Shown: positions 1-9,399 of the stretch, in pieces | How positions within the stretch are numbered: position 1 is the first letter of the stretch | How the letters are laid out: the number at the start of each line of letters is the position of its first letter | The notes under the pieces: generated by a model | What the model saw: only the letters and a program-made list of their open reading frames with translations | The model's database searches: none | Told to the model about the DNA's origin: nothing | Program-made: the position numbers and the translations under genes | Origin: Octopus bimaculoides | Taxonomy: Eukaryota | DNA: 39,181 nt | NCBI RefSeq assembly: GCF_001194135.2 | Contig: NC_068999.1 | Location: 19,470,340 to 19,509,520 of the forward strand | Direction: 5' to 3'

Positions 1-46
<46 letters not shown>
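1..46. repeat. (TA)n microsatellite; probably the internal microsatellite of the adjacent SINE
   Basis: Near-perfect TA dinucleotide run. Confidence 0.95.
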
Positions 47-47
<1 letters not shown>

Positions 48-268
48 GTTTGTGTGTCTGTGTTTGTCCCCCCACCATCGCTTGACAACAGATGGTGGTG
101 TGTTTACGTTCCCCTAAAGTAGCGGTTCGGCAAAAGAGACCGATAGATTAAGTACTAGACTTACAAAGAATAAGTCCTTGGGTCGATTTGCTCGACTAAA
201 GGTGGTGCTCCAGCATGGACACAGTCAAATTATTGAAACAGTTAAAAGAGTAAAAGAGTAAAAGAATA
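47..268 (+). mobile_element. tRNA-derived SINE family A, 3' half (5' part lies outside the window)
   Basis: Homologous to the minus-strand copy at 1131-1500: tgtgtttgtcccccc...gcggttcggcaaaagagaccgatag...gtcgatttgctcgactaaagg.ggtgctccagcatgg..cagtcaaat, ending in an (AAAAGAGT)n tail. Confidence 0.85.
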
Positions 269-269
269 T

Positions 270-445
270 GTAGTAAATCCCCACCCCAAAAGAAAACGAA
301 GGACAAACACAAAAAAACAGCAACGCGAGTACGTGCTACATGTAAAGTAGTAGCAGATGCTCAGGGAAGGAAGGAAAGGTGGTTTTACGTTTCGAACAAA
401 GTTCTTCTTCAGAAACAGAATACAGAGAAAGTCCATGGGCCTAAA
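270..445 (-). mobile_element. Penelope-like terminal-repeat fragment carrying a minimal hammerhead motif
   Basis: Minus strand reads GTTT-CTGAAGA-A-GAAC-TTT-GTTC-GAAA-CGT-A-AAAC, followed by a T/G-rich tail. The element assignment is inferred from the motif. Confidence 0.45.
382..416 (-). ncRNA. Minimal type I hammerhead ribozyme motif
   Basis: All core boxes are present (CUGAnGA, GAAA, GUA cleavage triplet). Stem I is GUUU/AAAC, stem II is GAAC/GUUC, and stem III is the palindrome ACGU. Confidence 0.55.
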
Positions 446-839
446 TCCTTCAAAGGAATGTTAAACTTCCAAATTCGCCGGATAAATGCAAATTAAAGAA
501 TATATATAAATCTATATTCCAAGTTGTTACATATATCCAATAAAAACTCTACAATTGTTTCCAAGCCTAATTAATTCAAAATTAATGGTAGTTAATAGTT
601 TATATTTTTATTAATTTATCTATAGGTTGATTGTCTATTTTGCTTCAGGGACAGTAGTGGTTTGTTGAGACGAAGGTACTGGAATATTTTATGTATCGAA
701 GTACGGTAAACTGAAAAGAGTTCCTTTTATAATTAACGGTAGGTGACGAGGGTTGCCTGATGTGCGAATAAGTATAAAAGTGTTATGGAATGGAGTAGAT
801 AAGGTCCGGGCAACATATGTTTATGCGAGGGGAACCTCC

Positions 840-972
840 GAAGTGGTAAGTATCCAGGTGAGGTATATACCGCAGGCTACACTTAAGACGATGCAAACTT
901 TCATTTAATCAAGATATCCATGGCCTCAAAACTAGCCTGCGGTATACACATCGCCTGGATATTTACCACTTC
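840..972. repeat. Inverted repeat / MITE-like hairpin: 40-bp arms, 53-nt spacer
   Basis: 840-879 matches the reverse complement of 933-972 at 36/40 positions. Confidence 0.85.
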
Positions 973-1024
973 TAAGGCTCTGCTCGCTATGAAATATATG
1001 TAGCCCCGATTTTATCCACTCCAT

Positions 1025-1128
1025 ACCTGACATTTGGCAAACTGTACAACCCTTCAGCTGATGTCTATTTGATGGAAAGAGTGAGCGAACGTGCAGCACA
1101 GATATTGGATCGTTCTGTACATTCGGTA
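1025..1128 (+). mobile_element. SINE family C2 body fragment
   Basis: High similarity to the reverse complement of 1864-1968 (acctgacatttggcaaactgtaca...gatgtctatttgatggaaag.gtgagcgaacgtgca). Confidence 0.65.
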
Positions 1129-1130
1129 TA

Positions 1131-1500
1131 TTCTCTTTCTCCCCTTTTACTCGTTACAGTCATTTGACTGCGGCCATGCTGGAGCACCGCCCTTAGTCGA
1201 GCAAATCGACCCCGGGACTTTTATTGTATCGGTCTCTTTTGTCGAACATCTAAGTGACGGGGGCATGAGCACACAAGCATCGGTTGTCAAGCAAAGCTTG
1301 GAATACAAACACAGACACATAAACATATACACAGACATATATATACATATATACGACAGCTTCTTTTAGTTTCTGTCTACCAACTCCACTCACAGGCGTT
1401 TGGTCGGCCCGAGGCTATAGTAGAAGACACTTCAGTGGGACTGAAACTGGAACCATGTGGTTGGTAAGCAAGCTACTTACCACATAGCCTCTCCTGCGCC
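1131..1500 (-). mobile_element. tRNA-derived SINE family A, near full length
   Basis: Minus strand starts ggcgcaggagaggctatgtggtaagtagcttgcttaccaaccacatggttccagtttcagtccc (A-box- and B-box-like), has an internal TA/TG microsatellite, and its 3' half matches 47-268. Confidence 0.88.
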
Positions 1501-1574
1501 TATATATATAATAATAGAAATAATATATAATTATATGCATATAACCATACATATATGTACACACCTACATCTAT

Positions 1575-1830
1575 ATGTATACATACATGTATATATGGCT
1601 ACAGGACATTAAAAAAATAACTTTAAACACAATCAAAAACGAAAACATAGAAAACGAACTTTTTTCGAATAACGAAAAAAATAGAGGAACGAGACATGCA
1701 ACATAAAGAGTATAACCCTTCGTGAGTTATCTCTGTTTCATCTACTCCACGTTTCCAGGGTAAGGACAATACGCGACTTCGTTGAAACAGTCCTTCCCGC
1801 AAAGCAAATTAGCTAAAATTATATATATAT
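1575..1830 (-). mobile_element. Possible Penelope-like terminal fragment (degenerate)
   Basis: Minus strand has a GAAACGT motif within an 8-bp inverted pair (1733-1740 / 1783-1790), followed by a T-rich tail. The layout resembles 270-445. Confidence 0.3.
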
Positions 1831-2114
1831 GACCGCGCTGCAACACAACTTAAACAACATTCCGCACCGAATGTACTGAACTATCAAATGTTCGTGTTGC
1901 ACGTTCGCTCACACTTTCCATCAAATAGACATCGGCTGAGGAGCTGTACAGTTTGCCAAATGTCAGGTGTCTAAGTGGATCGCTGAGGAACGTAACATGT
2001 GGTGGCATGAAGTGTTTTGCTTAAGAACACAATACACTGCTCTGTACTGAAAACAAACCTATGATCTCGCTAACACGAGCGCAACACCCTAAAGATTATG
2101 CCATGTGTCCTCAC
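1830..2114 (-). mobile_element. tRNA-derived SINE family C2 (diverged)
   Basis: Minus-strand head gtgaggacacatggcataat...ttagggtgttgcgctc...tgtgttcttaagcaaaacac resembles the head at 38171. The body matches 1025-1128. Confidence 0.65.
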
Positions 2115-4287
2115 GCACACGGACACATCTGCACGCACACTCGCATGTTTTTGGGGGCGTGTATGTATGTGTGTGTGTTTGTGCTTGTGTGCCTGTATGT
2201 CTGTATGTGAGCGTGCGTGCGTCTAAATGTATTGAATGCTTTCAGATAGAATTTCATATATCTCTACTGTATATAGTTTTATGGTTTCTCATTACAGTTG
2301 TATGATTTGGTTTCTTTAACTGATAAACTGAGCCGATAGTAATGCAGTTCCTTTGTTTTGGTGAGTCCAAAGAAAAATGTTTCTGCTGGCTAAATCTTGC
2401 TTTACAAGGCTTCTTTATTATGTATGTGTGAAAGTAAGAGAACCTAGCATTAAGAACAGTCTTGTAAACTAGTATATCTGTTTCTCCATTGTGCTACATA
2501 CGAAGATATACTGCTATTGGAGCAAGTGCAATAACATATCATTGTTTTGCATTGGCGATGGCGGTATGCGAAATTTCAAAGGAATCCTGTATAAATTATT
2601 TCAAATAGTATTTTCTATTTTCAGTCTATTACCAGAAGTTGCAGGTTGTAATTGCTGCACTTCAAACTTATATATATTTATATATACGTGCATACACTAT
2701 CATATATAAATACATTTGTGCTTATAAAGTTATGCGTAAAATAATATGTATATGCATGTGAATTTATGACTGTGGGCGTACGCTTGTCTGTGTTTCACTG
2801 TAGATACAGAACAAAGCATTACAACTGCAGCATTCAGCTCATAATAACAAGGAAACACTGAAGATTTCGCCCTATCGAGTCTCATGCGTCTTTAGAATAA
2901 TATGCCGTGTGCATATCTGTCTGATTGCAAGATACATCCTTGAAACAAACATATTTCGTACATGCAAACTATACAGACTTAATGAAAAATAGTTACAGTT
3001 GTTCAACATGTCATTTTAACTGCCAGCTGCATCCAATAATTAAAACGATTCCATCTGCTAGTAGCCGATCAGCGGACATACTACTTGAAAAGGCAACTGC
3101 GTAAGATAATGTTCATAAGATAAGATACATCTTTGATATTATCTCTCTGAGCGATAAACATGATCTCTCTAAACTTCAATTAGATGGACTTATGTTTTTG
3201 TGAATCTAAAATTATTGAATGTATAAATTCACATTTCAACAACTTACAAAGAGTTATTTAAAGACTTGTTAAAAAACATTAAAAGAATGTGCAGGATGAT
3301 GTTATGTGATTCTGGACTTTTTAATGGCGCAGGTAAAATATTACTGTCACAAGCCCGGACGGGAATATGTAGTCTTTACTAGAGGGAATATAATTTTGTG
3401 AATAGCCGTCCTACTGTTAAAGTGAGCAATTAAGGTTGTATTTAATACAAAATTCCTATCGGAACAGCATAACTGATATATACACATATACGCATATCAG
3501 TTTTGGTGGTTCACTTACTGCAACATCTTTCCTTGCAGAAAATCTCTTATGGACTTGTTTTAAAGTCAATAACTGTCCGGCATAGACAAATAAAATCGCC
3601 CCAGAAGAGGCCAACAAGTGCACCAGATNNNNNNNNNNNNNNNNNNNNNNNNNNNNNNNNNNNNNNNNNNNNNNNNNNNNNNNNNNNNNNNNNNNNNNNN
3701 NNNNNNNNNNNNNNNNNNNNNNNNNNNNNNNNNNNNNNNNNNNNNNNNNNNNNNNNNNNNNNNNNNNNNNNNNNNNNNNNNNNNNNNNNNNNNNNNNNNN
3801 NNNNNNNNNNNNNNNNNNNNNNNNNNNNNNNNNNNNNNNNNNNNNNNNNNNNNNNNNNNNNNNNNNNNNNNNNNNNNNNNNNNNNNNNNNNNNNNNNNNN
3901 NNNNNNNNNNNNNNNNNNNNNNNNNNNNNNNNNNNNNNNNNNNNNNNNNNNNNNNNNNNNNNNNNNNNNNNNNNNNNNNNNNNNNNNNNNNNNNNNNNNN
4001 NNNNNNNNNNNNNNNNNNNNNNNNNNNNNNNNNNNNNNNNNNNNNNNNNNNNNNNNNNNNNNNNNNNNNNNNNNNNNNNNNNNNNNNNNNNNNNNNNNNN
4101 NNNNNNNNNNNNNNNNNNNNNNNNNNNNNNNNNNNNNNNNNNNNNNNNNNNNNNNNNNNNNNNNNNNNNNNNNNNNNNNNNNNNNNNNNNNNNNNNNNNN
4201 NNNNNNNNNNNNNNNNNNNNNNNNNNNNNNNNNNNNNNNNNNNNNNNNNNNNNNNNNNNNNNNNNNNTATATATATATATATATATT

Positions 4288-5122
4288 TACAGTATGGCAT
4301 CAAAATGTTCCCGGACTAGTCTTGTTCTGTAACGTGCCAACAAGTGTCCGCACAAGGTTGCATGAGCAGTGAAATGTTGCAGTGAGCTTCATCATGTAGT
4401 GTACCGAATGACATCGCTGTTTTTACTTCGGAAGTTTTTAAATTTGTGCTTTTTGTGATCGCGTGTATGCAGTAGCCTGCGATTTTTGTCATGGGCAGGA
4501 AGTTGGACCAAAGTGACAACATGAACTTTTGCGTTAAACTTGGGAAATCTGCGACAGAGATATTGAATATACTTCGGCAAACTGACAGAGACGAAGCAAT
4601 GGGTCATATGCAATGTTTCGACAGACATGGTGCCACAAAAGGCACGACAGAGCTACTCCTCGCAATCCGTACCATAGTGCATCGAGAATTTGTCCCGCAG
4701 GGCCAAACCGTCAACTGAAAGTTCCATCACGACATTTTGAAGCGTTTGAGGGAGAACATTCGGTGAAAGCTACCGGATTTGTGGGGCAAGAAGAATTTGA
4801 TTTTTCACGAGGACAATGTACTCTATCACAGAGCTCTTCTCATTCGTGAGTTTCACGGCAAAAACAACATAGTAATCTTCTTCACCCTCTCTGTTCGCCA
4901 GATTTGGCACCTGCAGACTTCCATCTCCCCCACATGATGAAAATGCAGCTTGAAGATGACCGTATTAATTCCGTTGCTGAGATCAAGAGCGAATTGCAGA
5001 AAGTCTTCGACTAGATTACATAAATCGAGTTCAAGGCCGGATTCCAAAATTGGTAGGAACTTAGGTAAGTTATTTTGTAATTAAACATAACAAGTTCAGG
5101 AACTTTTTGATAGCACTCCGTA
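4288..5122 (+). mobile_element. Internally deleted, frameshifted mariner (Tc1/mariner, DD34D-type) transposon
   Basis: Imperfect terminal inverted repeats of about 33 bp starting at TA (tacagtatggcatcaaaatgttccc vs reverse complement tacggagtgctatcaaaaagttcct). Transposase relics: NFCVKLGKSATEILNILRQ...DEAM, IVHREFVPQGQTVN, HEDN..YH, SPDLAPADF. About 835 bp, lacking the middle. Confidence 0.9.
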
Positions 5123-5562
5123 TATGTATGTATGTCATAATTCAGTTTATTTCATGATTTCTTACCAATAGAAAAACAACTGGTTTTTAAATTTGATCGA
5201 AAGTTCCTTCATCAACAGCAGGGCATATTTTTTTGTATGTGTGTATATATGTATATATGTATTAATGCATGCATAATTACATAAGCATACATACAGAAAC
5301 ATATGCGTCCGTGTGTTTCAAACTATCTTCTCTATTCATCTATCTTTNNNNNNNNNNNNNNNNNNNNNNNNNNNNNNNNNNNNNNNNNNNNNNNNNNNNN
5401 NNNNNNNNNNNNNNNNNNNNNNNNNNNNNNNNNNNNNNNNNNNNNNNNNNNNNNNNNNNNNNNNNNNNNNNNNNNNNNNNNNNNNNNNNNNNNNNNNNNN
5501 NNNNNNNNNNNNNNNNNNNNNNNNNNNNNNNNNNNNNNNNNNNNNNNNNNNNNNNNNNNNNN

Positions 5563-5597
<35 letters not shown>

Positions 5598-6556
5598 ACG
5601 TGGTTAGGTACCCATTGACATATCAGTACATCATCGCAGCCATATAATTTAAATGTCCGCACTAGGAAGGTTATGTTACAAAGTGTGTTTCCATAACAAC
5701 TTTAGCACAAGTATATGTACTACGTAAATTGCAGTGCTCATCGTATCGTGCAGGGGATGGTACATTTTTCAATGTTCCATATATATGTGTATTAGTTATG
5801 CGTGATTGGAGAATTTGGATTTTTTTTTGTGGATGTTTGTGCTCGTGTTCGTATGTATGCATCATTAATCTTAGTTTTTTCAGTCATTGGCTTGCAGTCC
5901 ATCTGGCCAGAAACTTAAAGAATATAATCGAACAATTGGATACCTGTAACTGTTGTACTTAAGACTGGTACTTATTCTGTTGAACTCTTCAGGTTAAAGG
6001 GAGCACGCAGATCTCGGAACCATATATCTTTGTATCTTTCCGCCTATCTATGCATTTATCTATCCATCTACGCACAACATCAGCAAATACGAACACATGT
6101 ACTGGGAGTTTGCTCTAGACGTGCAAAGCTGTGGAAAAACCTGTAAACAAATACTTAAGAAGACATTTACCTATCATAAAACACTAAAAAGTTAACATTA
6201 ACCTCAATTGTTTAAAGTATCATCCTTAATATAGTCTAAAAAAATATGAGCAGACCCCATGTATAATCAGTATTTTCAATACATTACAGAATTTAATTGA
6301 AGATTTGATTGTATTTCAAAATGTGTTGTGTGTGGCAGCCTTAGACTATGCTTAGCTGTCAGCATTTACTCACATCATTTGACGTGTAATATATGTGTAG
6401 TATTTATTTCAAACCATAGACTATTTAGCCTGCACAGCAAATAGGTCTGTCATGGCATTAAATAGAAAATATGTATGTAATGCTCATACATATATTCATG
6501 ATATTTATCTATCACATTGTTGCTGAATTCATAGACGACACTAAGTCGCTTAAGTT

Positions 6557-6557
6557 G

Positions 6558-6588
<31 letters not shown>

Positions 6589-6662
6589 TACAGGAAGAGA
6601 GAGCGTGTGTTACATATGCGAACATACGTTTGTATATATATATATATATGTGTGTGTGTATA

Positions 6663-6694
<32 letters not shown>

Positions 6695-6770
6695 TCTGTG
6701 TGTGTCTGTGTGTGTCTGTTTGCGTTTCTGAGTTTGTGTGTATGTGTGTATGTATGCATGGAAGCGCATA
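6557..6770. repeat. Compound (TA)n/(TG)n microsatellite
   Basis: Direct inspection. Confidence 0.9.
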
Positions 6771-7390
6771 TAAATGTGCGTCCATATGTAGCACAGTCTC
6801 TTACCCGCTCTCTCTCTCTATCTATCTATGTATACCTTTCCCTCTTTTATGCCCCCTCTCTCTCTCATTTATATAGATATGTGTGTGTGTGTATTTACCT
6901 GTGTGTCTATACGTAGAATATATCAAACACAGATACGTTTGCTCATTTCATTATTTGCATTGAATAAAAATCGATTATGCAGATTATTTTTGTAGTGAAA
7001 CTTCCTAAATGAGAGTCCACAAATTTTAACTGAATATAAAGTGGAATGTTTATTGATTCCTCTATTAAATGTCTGGCGTTTTAAGTCTGAAGTTGAGTAA
7101 AATTTCCTATTTATTTTATACAATTTTTATTCCCTTTTTATATCTATAGCGACATAAATTTTTCTAATTTTTAAAGGCGACTAAAGTACTTAAACGTTTA
7201 AGTTTTTTTATACTGGATTGTTTTATTTTCATTACGCTTGTATTTTCCAAACCAGTTTTCCAATTACCCAATTTATTTACAATGCATAAATACTGAAGAG
7301 AATAGCCAGAGTAAGAAACACTAAATTTTAGCATTTGTTGAAAAACAAACATTATACAGTTATACCTTATTTTATTTGTTTAATCTCCAG

Positions 7391-7443
7391 CCTTTCAGAC
7401 GCGTCACTGCTGGGTTACCACCTCAAATTATATACCACATTAC
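7391..7443 (+). CDS. Candidate 53-nt internal exon of an unidentified gene
   Basis: tattttatttgtttaatctccag acceptor and gtaagc donor. GC is higher than the flanks and all three frames are open. Confidence 0.35.
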
Positions 7444-7940
7444 GTAAGCGAGCACCTTTTTATTGAGATATAGACAAAAGTATATCGGAATAATATATTA
7501 AAAGAACTTAAGTTATCTATGCCACTAATATACCGTTGCGTTTGATTTAGAATTACCATTTTTATATAATAATCCACAGATGCATAATGCTTATGAATTG
7601 TATATTTCGGTTATATTTAAATTGTTTAGAATTCATGATATATTGGAGATTAATATTCCTTTCCTCTAATATCATGAATTGGGAAATAAGTCTTCTTTGG
7701 CAACAGATTTAGAACTGCCAATCTCTGGTTCAGATTACTCTTTGTGTTTATTGTCATTTGTGTTTTTGTTGTTTCTCATCAGTGTTACTTTACAGAGGAC
7801 ACAAACATATTTAAACCTGCAAAGAATTGAGATAATATACATTCACGTACACATATACAAATATATACATATATGTGTGTATGTGAGTGTGCACATTTTG
7901 GCATAAATGTAGGAATTAGAACGGTAGAAGCTAGCGTATA

Positions 7941-8040
7941 GAAGACCAACGTCGGTCATGAATGACAATGGCATGCATCTAGAAAATCCCCCTCCAATGC
8001 ACAAGTCCGGGCATATAAGCCTCCCTCACCTCACCACAGC
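7941..8040 (-). mobile_element. SINE family C1, 3' fragment
   Basis: Minus strand gcccggacttgtgcattggagggg..tttctagatgcatgccattgtcattcatgaccga resembles the 3' end of 38171-38505. Confidence 0.5.
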
Positions 8041-9399
8041 CGCCAAGAGTATTTCCTTTCTGGAATTTTTCAATTGTCTCTGTTGCACATAAATCTTCTG
8101 AGCAAGTTAGTGCACTGATCTAGCTGATAAGCAAGTCAGCCTTTTTTAATAGTGGTGTGCTTACGCGATGAGTTACAGATATTTGTTTTATGTTTTTTTT
8201 TTGTTTTTTTTAGGTTGAATGAAATATCGAGTCTCTCCTAAGGGGAAATTGCAAGTTTAACCGTCATGATTGTTGTTACACTTTTGGAGAGTAGGAACAT
8301 ATCTGGTTGGAGTGAGTTTATTAAAATCTCTACCAGGGAACACGAGTTTGCCTTTGAAGCCCCATTGTATCTCCCCTCGAATATGGTATAATAATAACAA
8401 TTGATATAACAAAATAATCAGCATCTCTTCTTGGCCTGATTTTATAACCAATTCCGGCAACAATTCCAAACATTAAAAGTTGTAATCATCAATGGCTGCT
8501 ATTAATAGTGTCACATATTTTGTCCCTATGTAAACGTTGATAATGAGCTTAACCGAAAATTCTTCCTAATGGCAAACATCAAACAACATGTCTTCAAGTC
8601 TAATCCTCTTTTTTTACTCTATTATCCTTCTCTTGTGAACTTCTACATAATCCATTTATAGATTATTGATATGTATAGCTTCTTAGTCATGTGCCAGTCT
8701 ATCTGTAAATCTGCCTGTATATTTTTTGCTTTTTTCTTCTATCTCCTGATTTCAATACTTTCATGCATTTCCCGGCATCTAGTATTTCTGAACATTTAAT
8801 AATGGTAACAGACAAATCCGCTGACAAAATGACAAAATGCACACAACTTGTAAGATTCACCCACTCCTGTATCATCGAAAGAATATATGTTTATATATGG
8901 CATACCAAAAGCAAACAGGATAGTTTTCATTTAATGATAGGAGTCTGCGATAAAAGAGAAAATAAGACCTGATTTCCTTCCTCTGAGGAACATCACGTAT
9001 CAGTATGAATATGCAAACCCCACTTGACAAAAGGAAAATACGAATGCATATAGGAAATGACTATGAAAGAACATTCATACAAGATTAATCGTCACTCTTA
9101 TAGAAAATATCAATCACATTCCACAGAGTCAAACACATCTAATGTCTAAAAGGTTGCAAAAGTTTGATTCCTGCGCAAAACACCGGCATGAAGGCTTTCG
9201 ATAACAACGTACTTCCAAACAATATTTTCTATGTCCACCATTTTTATTTGATAAAGATAAAACTGTGCAGGTTCTGAGGTTAAGAATAGAAGCAAATACG
9301 TTATAGAGGCCTATTGCAGGGCAATACGCTCTGTATCAGATCGGTCTAATACAGACCAATATTATTTAATCTGCAGGCAGGCTAAACCTCCGAATAAAC

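Noticed and set aside
1733-1790. Hammerhead-like layout on the minus strand (8-bp stem, GAAACGT)
   Set aside because: The CUGAnGA box is absent (ACGAAG) and the stem III/cleavage-site geometry is wrong.
2298-2360. 63-nt plus-strand segment with an acceptor and a gtgagt donor
   Set aside because: Stops in all three frames; could only be a UTR exon, with no supporting evidence.
8214-8400. Plus-strand near-open frame after a strong acceptor (LNEISSLS*GEIASLTV...SGWSEFIKIST)
   Set aside because: In-frame stop early on and no good donor; the resemblance to a domain end is too weak.
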